64,000 bases of DNA from assembly GCA_963812015.1 (NCBI GenBank), contig CAWETI010000003.1, forward strand, positions 1,888,001 through 1,952,000. Direction: 5' to 3'. The DNA is from an uncultured delta proteobacterium (GTDB lineage Bacteria > Desulfobacterota > Desulfobaccia > Desulfobaccales > 0-14-0-80-60-11). Below, piece after piece: positions 1 to 9,372 of this stretch; within the stretch, counting starts at the first letter, position 1; the number at the start of each line of letters is the position of its first letter. The position numbers and the translations under genes are program-made. Below the pieces are notes generated by a model. The model made no database searches. It was not told the origin of the DNA and was given only the letters and a program-made list of their open reading frames with translations.

Positions 1-245
1 AGGCTCAGGGCCATGGCCGCCAGGCCGATCCGGGTGAGAATCCGGGCCGGATACCGGTCGCCGATGACGCCCACGGGGAAGGCCACCAGGATGGCGTTCA
101 GACTCAGGACCGCATAGAGGACCCCGATCTGGCCCCCGGTGAAATGGAGACTGCCTTTTAAATAAAGGGGGAGCAGGAAATAGATGCAGGCGATGACGGC
201 GGAATAGACGCTGATGTAAAAGGGAAGCAAGGCGGAAGGCCGCAC
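1..245 (-). CDS. MFS transporter, N-terminal part (runs off window start)
   Basis: Manual translation from GTG at 245: MRPSALLPFYISVYSAVIACIYFLLPLYLKG...FPVGVIGDRYPAR; hydrophobic, with MFS motif A-like GxxGDRY; abuts the stop of the upstream gene. Confidence 0.75.
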   Translation of the reverse strand, partial: MRPSALLPFYISVYSAVIACIYFLLPLYLKGSLHFTGGQIGVLYAVLSLNAILVAFPVGVIGDRYPARILTRIGLAAMALS

Positions 246-668
246 TTATACGGCGCTGCGGTCGAGCCGGACCTCCATGGCCCGGGCCGGACATACCGGG
301 CAGCACAGCTCGCAGGCGCTGCATTTGCTGGCGTCAAAGAGCACTGCCATCTCCGGCCGCTTGACGTAGAGGGCCCCGGTGGGACAGACAGCAGTGCAGG
401 CGCCGCATTGGTAGCAGCGCTCTTCGTTGCGCCGGACATCCCGGGCCACCCGCTGCACCTTGACTCCCGCCTCCCGGAGGTATTTGAGGCCCCGCCGGAA
501 ATTCTTGGGGTGGCCCCGGAGCTCCATGACCATAATCCCCTCTTTCCGGGGATAGATGGTGGCCTTGAGGAGGTTGAACTCCAGGTCGTAATCCTTGACC
601 AGGCGGTAAATGATGGGCTGATCCACCACTTCCTGGGAAAACCGCAGCACTAACATTTCCGCATGCAT
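246..668 (-). CDS. NIL domain + 2x[4Fe-4S] ferredoxin protein
   Basis: NIL-like N-terminus (QPIIYRLVKDYDLEFNLLKA) plus two CxxCxxCxxxCP motifs; start MHAEML after AGGA. Confidence 0.85.
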   Translation of the reverse strand: MHAEMLVLRFSQEVVDQPIIYRLVKDYDLEFNLLKATIYPRKEGIMVMELRGHPKNFRRGLKYLREAGVKVQRVARDVRRNEERCYQCGACTAVCPTGALYVKRPEMAVLFDASKCSACELCCPVCPARAMEVRLDRSAV

Positions 669-852
669 ATCCTGATCCTCTGTGGGGCGGCTACCCCCTG
701 GCCGCCGCCATTCATGCGCCGGCTCTTTCCAGAGGCGGGCGCCGAGGCCCGCCCCGCCGGTCAATATCTCTAAATCTCTAAATTCTTCCTGGCGATGGGC
801 GCCGGCCAGGATTCCATAATCTCATAAAATTATATCAGAAAAACGGCATCCC

Positions 853-3837
853 TCAAACCAGGCTGCCGAAGCGACGCTCCCAGGCAGTCCTCAGGGTGGA
901 CAGGGGGGCCTCCAGCAGGGTCTGGCCATGGCGGATAATCTTGAAGGTTGAATTAACGCCAACCTGTCCGAGGTAATAAAGGGGCTGGCCCTGAAACATC
1001 TCCTCCAGGCGGCCCTGGTGGGCCGGGTCCACGCTCACCAAGAAACGCCCGGCGGATTCTGAATAAAGTGCGACATAGGCCGGGCATTCGGGGGCCACCC
1101 GGCTCAGGTCCACCTCCACCCCCAAGCCCGCCGCCAGGCTGGCCAGGGCCAGATGTACCGCCAGGCCGCCCCGATAGAGGCCGTGGGCCGAAGCCAGGAG
1201 ATCCCCCCGGCCGGCCGCCTCCAGGACGCCATAATAGGCCAGGAAGGCCTCGGGGTTAACCTTAGGGACGCTCAGCCCCACCGCGCCCAGAAGCTCGTAA
1301 AACTCCGAACCTCCCAGCTCTGGCCGAGTGTCCCCCACCAAATAAATGAGGTCCCCGGGCCGTTTCCACTCTGGGCTCAAGGCCCGGCGCAGGTCCGGCA
1401 GGACGCTCACCGCGGTGAAAAACAGGGTGGGCAGGCCGCTTACCCGGTGCATCTCGCCGTAGGCCCCGGGCAGCACGCCGTCCACGTACATGCTGTCCTT
1501 GCCGGACAGCAAAGGGATGCCATAAGCCCGGCACAGGTCTTTGAGGGCCAAGCAGGCCCTTACCAACTGCGCCGCTTTGTAGTCCCCATCGGGGTTGTGT
1601 TGGGGGTGGTACTCCACACTGGGCCAACAGAAGTTGTCCACCCCGCCGATATGGGAAAGGCTTCCGCCTACCGCCAACAGGCGCCGCACCGCTTCGTCGA
1701 TAGTCACAGCGGTCATGTGATAGGTGTCGATCTGGGAGTAGGCGGGGTTCAGGGCCAGGCTCACGGCCAGCCCCCGGTGCGAATCCGGCCGGGGCCGCAG
1801 CACCGCCGCATCGCCGGGCACCGAGGCCGCCTCCCCCACCAGGGGTTTAACCACGCTTGCCCCCTGGACCTCGTGATCGTACTGGCGGGTGATCCACTCC
1901 CGGGAGCAGATGTTGGGGCGGTCCAGCATGGCCAGGAGCACTCCCAGGTGATCCCCGGGCTCCCCCAAGACCGGCTCCACCAGGCGGGTCTCCGGTGGCA
2001 GCCACCGAGCCTCAAACTCCCAGGGGGGAAACTCCTCCTCCAGAAACGACAGGTCCATGTAGGCGCAGGTGCGGCCCTGGTACTTCACATCCAGGATGCC
2101 CGTATCGGTGTAGCGGCCCATGACGGTTGCCTCCACCGCGTGCTTCCGGGCCAGACTCTTGAAGCGGGCTTCATGCTCCGGCCTCACGGCCACCACCATG
2201 CGCTCCTGTGATTCCGACACCCAAATTTCCCAGGGGTTCAGGCCCTGGTATTTCAGAGGCACCGCTTCCAGCCAGACCTCCCCGCCGCCGGCCATCCGGG
2301 CCGATTCTCCCACTGCCGACGACAGCCCGCCGCCGCCGCAGTCGGTGATAAAGGTGATGAGGCCCTGGTCCCGGGCCTCCAGGAGGAAGTCGTGCATATT
2401 CTTCTGGGTGTAGGGGTCGCCGATCTGGACGTGGCCGGCCGGAGTGCCCGGGGACGAGACTTCGGAGGAGGCCGTTACCCCGTGAATCCCGTCCTTGCCC
2501 ACCCGGCCGCCACAGGTGATGATCAGGTCGCCGGGGTGGGCCGCCTTTTCAGCCCCAGGCTCGCCGTGGATTTCCTTGGGCAGGAGCCCTATCGCCCCCA
2601 CGAACACCAGGCATTTGCCCAGGTAGGCGGCGTCAAAATAGAGGGCGCCGTTGACGGTGGGGACCCCGCTCTTGTTACCCCCATCCTTGACGCCTTCGAT
2701 AACGCCGTCCAGGAGCCGCCGGGGGTGCAGCCGGGGTTTGAGCGGTCCGCCATAGTCCCGGGGGCCGACGCAAAAGCCGTACATACCGCCGATAAGGCGA
2801 GCCCCCTTGCCGGTGCCCAGGGGGTCCCGGTAGACCCCCACGATGCCGGTGAGGGAACCGCCGTAGGCCTCCAGGTTGGAAGGGGAATTGTGGGTCTCGC
2901 CCTTAATCACATAGGAGAACTCGTCGTCGAACTGCCCCACCCCGGCGTTGTCCCACAGCACCGACACCACCCAGGGTTTGTCCCGGGCAATTTCCCGGGT
3001 GGGGGCGTCAATACAGACCTTGAAGGGGTTATCCAGGGTTAAGGTCTCGCCGCTCACCACATCCCGGTAGAGGAACCGCCCCCGGAAGGTGTTGTGATTG
3101 CAATGGTCACTGCGGGCCTGGGCCAGGTACTCCAGTTCCACGTCGGTGGGCGCCGCAAGCCCCACTGCCGCCCGCCGGGCCTTGACTTCGGGGCGCTGAA
3201 AATAACCCAAAATGACCGGCAGGTCGGCATCCCGCAGGGCCAGATAGCGCCGGCGGCTCAGTTCCTTGAGGACGTCCGCCGAGGTGATCTCAAAGGCCTC
3301 CACTGTCGAGGTGTGGGCTAAAACCACCCGGGGCAAAATAATCCCCATCCCGGTGCCGGGGTCCCAAGTCTCTTGGGAAAAGATCCGAAATTCCTGGACC
3401 ATGTCGTTGGCCAGGAGTTCCCGGGCGATCTGGGCCACGTGCGGCTCGGTGAGGTTCTCGCCGGTTAAGAGAAAGAGCCTGGAGGTATAGACCGCGGCTT
3501 CCGGGGGCAGCGGTCGGCCCAGGAAAGCCTCGATGGCCTCGAGGGCCACGGCCCCGGCCGTATCCCGTACTCCGGGCTTGAAGCCCACCCAGATGGCCCA
3601 GTGGAAATCCCGGGCCAGGGGTTGAAAACTGGAGACCTGGGTGGTGGGATGGGTGAAGATGTCGGTGCGGATTGCCTCCAAGGCTGCCGTTGGCAGGTCC
3701 ACATCCAGCATGAGGACCCGCAGCACCCTGACGGCCATAAGGTCAAGGCCGAAATATTCCCGGGCCAGGCGGCGGACCGCCTCCCCTTCCGCGTCCGTCA
3801 GGTCCGGGTGCCAACCGATTTCCAAACGAACTGCCAT
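853..3837 (-). CDS. purL: Phosphoribosylformylglycinamidine synthase subunit PurL (N-terminal PurS-like region, no glutaminase domain)
   Basis: SDHCNH, ETHNSPS, DCGGGGLS, SESQERM, QYDHEV and SGKDS motifs. Confidence 0.95.
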   Translation of the reverse strand: MAVRLEIGWHPDLTDAEGEAVRRLAREYFGLDLMAVRVLRVLMLDVDLPTAALEAIRTDIFTHPTTQVSSFQPLARDFHWAIWVGFKPGVRDTAGAVALEAIEAFLGRPLPPEAAVYTSRLFLLTGENLTEPHVAQIARELLANDMVQEFRIFSQETWDPGTGMGIILPRVVLAHTSTVEAFEITSADVLKELSRRRYLALRDADLPVILGYFQRPEVKARRAAVGLAAPTDVELEYLAQARSDHCNHNTFRGRFLYRDVVSGETLTLDNPFKVCIDAPTREIARDKPWVVSVLWDNAGVGQFDDEFSYVIKGETHNSPSNLEAYGGSLTGIVGVYRDPLGTGKGARLIGGMYGFCVGPRDYGGPLKPRLHPRRLLDGVIEGVKDGGNKSGVPTVNGALYFDAAYLGKCLVFVGAIGLLPKEIHGEPGAEKAAHPGDLIITCGGRVGKDGIHGVTASSEVSSPGTPAGHVQIGDPYTQKNMHDFLLEARDQGLITFITDCGGGGLSSAVGESARMAGGGEVWLEAVPLKYQGLNPWEIWVSESQERMVVAVRPEHEARFKSLARKHAVEATVMGRYTDTGILDVKYQGRTCAYMDLSFLEEEFPPWEFEARWLPPETRLVEPVLGEPGDHLGVLLAMLDRPNICSREWITRQYDHEVQGASVVKPLVGEAASVPGDAAVLRPRPDSHRGLAVSLALNPAYSQIDTYHMTAVTIDEAVRRLLAVGGSLSHIGGVDNFCWPSVEYHPQHNPDGDYKAAQLVRACLALKDLCRAYGIPLLSGKDSMYVDGVLPGAYGEMHRVSGLPTLFFTAVSVLPDLRRALSPEWKRPGDLIYLVGDTRPELGGSEFYELLGAVGLSVPKVNPEAFLAYYGVLEAAGRGDLLASAHGLYRGGLAVHLALASLAAGLGVEVDLSRVAPECPAYVALYSESAGRFLVSVDPAHQGRLEEMFQGQPLYYLGQVGVNSTFKIIRHGQTLLEAPLSTLRTAWERRFGSLV

Positions 3838-4120
3838 AGTTCTCCCCAGAAGCTCCTTTACTTAATGGAGCAAATATACCACCAGGCGAGCCGGATAGAA
3901 AGCCTAAGATGTCATGAATCACATTTAAGCCGGCCACCAGAAAATCGAGACCTGACCCGGCCCGACCATGCAGGCAAAACCTACCCCGCTGCCGGGTCTA
4001 GGAGGCGGCCAGGCTTATCAGGCGCGCTTTGATTTAATCATCCGAAAAGCGTCTCGAAGGGGGATTTGATGGAAGAAAAGGCCCAGGGGTACTGACCCTC
4101 CGGTGAGGGGTCTCAGGAGG

Positions 4121-4223
4121 ATGTTGAATAACCGCCACTTCCTTCAGCTGGTTATTCTAAGCCAAGCCACAATAAATCCGTAACTTCGTGCAGGATGACA
4201 AAAGACCGCTTTTCAACAGTGTC
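4121..4223. repeat. Degenerate MITE-like dispersed repeat, copy A
   Basis: TGTTGAA...GGTTATTCTAAGCCAAGC...CAGGATGACAAAA...TTTTCAACA; related copy at 26341-26453. Confidence 0.55.
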
Positions 4224-4348
4224 CCATGGGGAGGTTATGTCATGCCGGGCCGGGGCCGAAGCTGGCCGATTCAGCCAAACCGGGGTGATGGGAGGCGTTC
4301 CTCCGGGTAGAGGGCACGAATAGCGGGGTCGAGGAAAGGTTGTGGGCC

Positions 4349-4585
4349 TTAGCCAGTCCTAAAGAGCAGAAAAACTGCCATAAGAATACCCACTTGGATG
4401 ATCAGGATAAATTCGATTCGTTTAACTTGGGCCTCAGCTGCCAGGATTTTTGGCAGGTATTCAAGCTCGGACTCGATGCTGGCCAGCCCCGACATCAGCG
4501 CCCCATATTCTTCCGGGGTAATGATGCCCCTGAGGCCGAAGCTGGATTTATGCTCTCCTCCCCTATCTAAGTCGCTGCCTTTCAT
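4349..4585 (-). CDS. Small coiled-coil protein with C-terminal membrane anchor (hypothetical)
   Basis: G-rich RBS before ATG at 4585; helical middle and hydrophobic tail FILIIQVGILMAVFLLF. Confidence 0.55.
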   Translation of the reverse strand: MKGSDLDRGGEHKSSFGLRGIITPEEYGALMSGLASIESELEYLPKILAAEAQVKRIEFILIIQVGILMAVFLLFRTG

Positions 4586-4827
4586 GAGCACCCCCCCCAT
4601 GATTCTTATCGGCACGATTATCTCAGACTTAAAAGTTGCGGGGTCGAGTACGGTCAGAGTGGGAGGCTATGGAATCTTCAGGCCGAAATCTGACGATTTC
4701 CTGGGGACCATGATCCGGTCCAGGGAGGGCTCTCTCCCGGAGGAGATGGAGGGGCGCAGGCCAGGAAGGGTGGCGACGGTCTCTCCGGGACTCGCAGGCT
4801 AATGGTGCTGAACCTTTACCTCTCCCT

Positions 4828-5076
4828 TTATCCGGCCTGGTTGGCGGGTACAGCCTGGCCCTTATATTGGGAGCCCCCAGATTTTTTCGTTATTTCTGCC
4901 GCATGGCTTTGGAGCGTGAGGCAGTGCGTTTGGCCACGTTGGCAGATATAAGTGTAGCCTTTGTCACTTACGGGGAGGTTGCAGACCAGGCGGTCGATCA
5001 ACGCCGCGACCAGGCCGGTAAGAGAAAAGTTTCGCGGGTGATGGTAATCACAACCGCAATCAGTAATGCTAAGCAT
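4828..5076 (-). CDS. Small Cys/His-containing hypothetical protein
   Basis: Strong GGAGG RBS 7 nt upstream of ATG; AT-rich promoter-like region at 5160-5225. Confidence 0.45.
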   Translation of the reverse strand: MLSITDCGCDYHHPRNFSLTGLVAALIDRLVCNLPVSDKGYTYICQRGQTHCLTLQSHAAEITKKSGGSQYKGQAVPANQAG

Positions 5077-5265
5077 CTTAGATCCTCCATGAATGAAGAT
5101 ACTTATTGGTTGGCGATTTTCGACGGCCTCACCTTCCTGGTTGGCCAGCGAGAATTGCGGACATTATAAATCCTGAGAGAATTAATTGTATAGATAAAAA
5201 TAGACTTTTTATAATATTATTCCGTCCTTTCAGACCTCATGCCGTCGACGCCATACCTTCAAATT

Positions 5266-6642
5266 TCAGTTTCTGGCCAGCAGCGCCCCAAAAAAGGCGT
5301 CCAGGTTATGGTCCTCCGGGGAGGTGCGGTAAAAGCCGGGAGGCTGGATCAGGGCTCGGGCCGGAGGCGGCAGCCGCCCGGGGTCGATAGCCAGCTCGAA
5401 TTCCGGGTGCCGGGCCAGGAAAGCGCCGATCTGGGCCTCATTTTCTTCCGGTTCGGTGGTGCAAGTGATATAGAGGATTCGGCCCCCCGGCTTCAACACC
5501 CTGGCGGCTTCTTCCAGCATCGCGGCCTGCCGGGGCGGGAACGCGGCGAGGTCTCCTTCCCGGAGCCGGCTCTTGATCTCCGGATGGCGCCGAATAATGC
5601 CCAGAGAAGAGCACGGGGCGTCCAGAACCACGGCATCCATGGCGGCGGTTTGTAGCGGCAGCGCCACGGCGGCGTCAGCCCGGAGGGCGTGAGCCGCCTC
5701 CACCCCCCATCGCCGCGTCGTGAGCTTCAGTTCCCTAAGACGGCCCCGATGGCTGTCCACCGCTACCAGCAGGCCGGAATCGGCCATGGCCTCAGCCAGA
5801 TGCGTGGTCTTGCCCCCCCGGCCGGCGCCGATTTCCACCAGGCGCAGGTCCGGCTTCGCCGGCAGCAGGCACGAAACCAGCTGTGCCCCTTCATCCTGAA
5901 AGAGCCAGAGGCCCTCTCGATAAGAAGGCAAATCCGTGGGCGCGGTCTTCAGGGTTTCAAATATGAGGCCCACCGGGGAAAACCGGCACTGCCGGGTTTC
6001 CACCCCTTCCCGGGCCAGCCGGGCCATGAGGCTGGGGGCATCGGTCTTCAGGGTGTTGACCCGAACGGTGAGCGGCGGAATCTGATTGTTGGCCGTCAAG
6101 CGGGCCGCGGTGGCCGCAACGCCATACTGGGCCAGCCAACGCCTGACCAGCCAGGCCGGGTGTGAGTGGATCACGCTGAGGGCCAGCACCGGGTCGGATT
6201 CGGGGTCGGGGAGCGGCGGCGCTTCCCCCGCAGCCAGCCGGCGCAGCACCGCGTTAATAAAGCCCACGTGACTCCGGGGCAGACCTTTGGCCTTGGCCAA
6301 ATTTCCGGCTTCATGGAGCGCCGCCCGGGCCGGCACCCGGTCCAGCATCATAAGCTGAAAGGCTCCCAGGCGCAGGAGTTGCAAAACCAGGGGGTGGAGC
6401 CTGGCGAGGGGCAAGTTGGAGAGCTGGGACAACAGATAATCCAGCCGCAGCTCCCAGCGCTTTACCCCCTGGACCAGCTCCAGCAGCAAGGCCCGTTCCC
6501 GACGCGGCAGTCCGGGATGACGCTTGAGCGTAGCCGCCAAGCGCTCCTCCACCGATTGCCCCGGGCGAGCCGCCGCGGCCAGGATGTCCAGGGCCAGGGC
6601 CCGGGCACCGGGTTGGATCGGCGATAGCAAAAGGTTATTCAA
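5266..6642 (-). CDS. rsmB: 16S rRNA m5C967 methyltransferase RsmB/Sun
   Basis: NusB-like N-terminus (GFINAVLR), SHPAWLV, QDEGAQ, DAPCS and TCT motifs; TTG start at 6642 is an estimate. Confidence 0.93.
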   Translation of the reverse strand: MNNLLLSPIQPGARALALDILAAAARPGQSVEERLAATLKRHPGLPRRERALLLELVQGVKRWELRLDYLLSQLSNLPLARLHPLVLQLLRLGAFQLMMLDRVPARAALHEAGNLAKAKGLPRSHVGFINAVLRRLAAGEAPPLPDPESDPVLALSVIHSHPAWLVRRWLAQYGVAATAARLTANNQIPPLTVRVNTLKTDAPSLMARLAREGVETRQCRFSPVGLIFETLKTAPTDLPSYREGLWLFQDEGAQLVSCLLPAKPDLRLVEIGAGRGGKTTHLAEAMADSGLLVAVDSHRGRLRELKLTTRRWGVEAAHALRADAAVALPLQTAAMDAVVLDAPCSSLGIIRRHPEIKSRLREGDLAAFPPRQAAMLEEAARVLKPGGRILYITCTTEPEENEAQIGAFLARHPEFELAIDPGRLPPPARALIQPPGFYRTSPEDHNLDAFFGALLARN

Positions 6643-7266
6643 GATTGTCCACCCAGAGTGCCTGCTTCCAAACTCACCGGAACCAAACGAACTTTCCTCA
6701 ATAAATTCTGCTTCATCATAGCAAAAGCTTTTTATGATCCCTAACATAATCACTAGCGGTTTTTATTGTCAGCCTGAACGAAGGGCATGATCTCAACTCA
6801 AGGTAATGGCGAGATGCGGCGCGGCGCTCAGCATGACCATCCCCCTGGGAAGCCTGGTTTTGGCAGAGCTTGCCCCCCCTTGCCACAACGCCGCAAGCAG
6901 TAAAGGTGTCCGGAGCGTCCCGGCGCGATACTTCAGGCGATAGGGAAAGGACCCATCGGCTCCGGCTACCTGGCGCCGCCGGTTTTGAGCGCTATCTATC
7001 TTTAGATATCCCTGATTGCCGTCACAGCCGGGGGCCTGCTCCCGGTCGCCAAAGTTTGGGGCATCATCCTTTCGCTGCCAAAACTTGAGAAAAATAGGTT
7101 GCCAGAACCGAACAAATGCCGCATCTTTAGTGAACCCTGGGCGTCATAGCACCGATAGGCTTGGCTGGGGCCGCCCTCCGGCCGCAAACCGCCATACCGG
7201 CGCCCGGCGCGACCAACCCTGCTGCTCTCGGTGTAGGCACTGCCAGAGTCCGCAAGGCTGTTAACC

Positions 7267-8022
7267 ATGACCAAACTGACCCTAACCCTGCTGTTGATTC
7301 TCGGTCTTGCCGGCCTCACCCTGGCGTATGGCCCGGCGCTCAGAGCCGTTCCCGCCCTGGCTGAGGATCAAGCCCCGGGGACAGTCCCTGAACCTCACGA
7401 ACACCGCATCAAACAGGATCTGGAGCAGGCGATTGCCAGGGTGCAGCCGGCGCTCGATCGCTACGGCTATGCGGCGGTTTTCTTGACGGTCATGGTGGAG
7501 GGCGTGGGAATTTTAGCCCCTGGCCAAACCTTCCTCATTGCCGCCGCCGTCACCGCGGCCCACGGCCATCTCAGCATCATTTGGGTGTTGCTCTGCGCCT
7601 GCCTGGCCGCGACGATGGGGAACAGCCTGGGATACCTCTTGGGCCGCTGGGGCGGTCGTCTCTTGCTGGCCAAATTTAAAGTGAGGGGGGATCGTCTGGC
7701 GCGCCTGGAAGGCTATTTCACTCGGTATGGCCGCGGCCTGATTCTTGTGGCTCGCTTTTTCGACGGCCTGCGCCAGCTCAATGGCATTGTGGCAGGCATG
7801 TTGAAAATGCCCTGGGGCGTATTCACGGCCTTTAACGTCCTGGGGGCCATCTTATGGAGCGGGGCCTGGGGATTAGGGGCCTATTGGCTCGACAAGGAAA
7901 TCTCCATCTACCACGGTGCCTTCCGAAAGCTGGAACCGTGGGTGGTGGCTCTCAGTCTTATCGGGTTCCTGGCTTTGCTGATTTATCTGTTTCGCCATCG
8001 CCAGACGCAAAATTCCACCTGA
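7267..8022 (+). CDS. DedA family membrane protein with N-terminal signal-like extension
   Basis: VEGVGILAPGQT, GNSLGYLLGRWGG and ARFFDGLRQ DedA motifs. Confidence 0.88.
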   Translation: MTKLTLTLLLILGLAGLTLAYGPALRAVPALAEDQAPGTVPEPHEHRIKQDLEQAIARVQPALDRYGYAAVFLTVMVEGVGILAPGQTFLIAAAVTAAHGHLSIIWVLLCACLAATMGNSLGYLLGRWGGRLLLAKFKVRGDRLARLEGYFTRYGRGLILVARFFDGLRQLNGIVAGMLKMPWGVFTAFNVLGAILWSGAWGLGAYWLDKEISIYHGAFRKLEPWVVALSLIGFLALLIYLFRHRQTQNST

Positions 8023-8180
8023 GTCTATACTTTGATGGCCCCGCGGCCCCCCGCGCCAAGATCTATGGGCATCGCGGCAAGGCTTTTGCCGGCCGCCACC
8101 TCCGGTCGCCCCGGCCAACAAAAAGGCAGGGCCCTGACGGGATACCCTGCCGGATGAAGGATGGTCGGACCGAGGCTCGG

Positions 8181-9122
8181 CTAAGCCACTATCATCTCCA
8201 GTTGATAATGGCCCCCCGAATTTTTGGGGAGGTTAGCTTCCAGGCTTCCTAAAAGAGCTTTCAGGTGTTCGATGTTCCGTTCAATGGCATCCCGATACAA
8301 ATCTTGGTCTATTCCCCAGCGAACCCTGAAATGATCGTGCAGATAGCCATCCACGTGGCCTAAGTCTGATCCAAAACGCTTTTTGACCATTTCCCAAAAA
8401 GCCGGAGTTTTTTCCAATAAATCAAATTCATCCTTATAGCCCGGGACCCCGCCCTCCTTAAATTCATGGTAGAGGAAAGGCAGTTTTCTCAGATAATTCT
8501 CATTGGCCATTTGTCCGATAAGATCGGCGGTTCCTAATATTTTACCTAATATTTCATGCTCCAGGGATTGAAATCTGATTTCGGCAATTTTAACATCAAG
8601 GCCGGTACATCTTAAAAAGTTACTGCATGTCATTACATACTCCGACGAAAACCCCTTATCCTTAAAATAATTTTTCATAAACTCAATACTGCGCTCTATA
8701 TGACAAAGAGTATATTTGCCCCCCGTGCCCGTGTCATCTTCCACGGCTTGAATATAGCCCGTGTCATGCATGAACGCCGCGATTAAGCCAAGGTTAACGT
8801 TCCTTTTTTCAAAGCTGATCCCGTTCAGAAAGGCCCCATGGATAAGTTGGGCCGTGGCCAACAAGCAGTCCATCGTATGGTCTAAGTCATGGTACAAGGT
8901 GTTGCATCGGCGATATCCCGGGTAGCGCCCACTAAATATTGTTATAATATCCTGAAATACCAGATCAATCTGATCAAAGTCAAATTGTCCAAACATTAAT
9001 AAGATAATCTTTTTGACTTCCGTCATGACCTCCTGGGGGTTTCCCAAGGATATCCCCACGGCGCCCTTAACGGTAGCGGATAACCTGTTCGACGGACTGA
9101 TCAATGGAATTTTCCTATTCAT
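8181..9122 (-). CDS. HD-domain metal-dependent phosphohydrolase (PDE-like)
   Basis: YHDLDH...HDTGY...HIERS...TADL; GGGAGAGGG RBS before ATG at 9122; AT-richer than flanks. Confidence 0.8.
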   Translation of the reverse strand: MNRKIPLISPSNRLSATVKGAVGISLGNPQEVMTEVKKIILLMFGQFDFDQIDLVFQDIITIFSGRYPGYRRCNTLYHDLDHTMDCLLATAQLIHGAFLNGISFEKRNVNLGLIAAFMHDTGYIQAVEDDTGTGGKYTLCHIERSIEFMKNYFKDKGFSSEYVMTCSNFLRCTGLDVKIAEIRFQSLEHEILGKILGTADLIGQMANENYLRKLPFLYHEFKEGGVPGYKDEFDLLEKTPAFWEMVKKRFGSDLGHVDGYLHDHFRVRWGIDQDLYRDAIERNIEHLKALLGSLEANLPKNSGGHYQLEMIVA

Positions 9123-9210
9123 CCCTCTCCCATCCCCAGGCAATTGCATGCCCCCCCAATCTGTGCAACTACGGAATGCTTGCCCCCAATGGCCGTTTTT
9201 AATAATTATT

Positions 9211-9225
9211 ACAATAAATATGCCA
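9211..9225 (-). promoter_or_regulatory. Putative sigma54 promoter of the HD gene
   Basis: Minus strand TGGCATATTTATTGT: GG-N10-GT, with a non-canonical -12 element. Confidence 0.5.
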
Positions 9226-9327
9226 ATCATTCAATTTATTAATTTATATCTTAATTAATTAGATTATTCAGCACGTTAGTTATTAGGCAGCCTGGGGCCC
9301 CGGCCGCTCTGCTCCACCGGGGGGAAC

Positions 9328-9372
9328 TGTAAATTTTACATCGCTGCATCTTTACAGTTGTGTAATTTTACA
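9328..9372. promoter_or_regulatory. Putative enhancer (UAS) for a sigma54 activator: three TGT/TGC...TTTACA boxes
   Basis: TGTAAATTTTACA, TGCATCTTTACA and TGTAATTTTACA, with TTTACA repeating every 16 bp. Confidence 0.6.

Noticed and set aside
6760..7266. Riboswitch or small gene in the 500-nt gap before the DedA gene
   Set aside because: No recognisable aptamer core and no ORF with a convincing RBS
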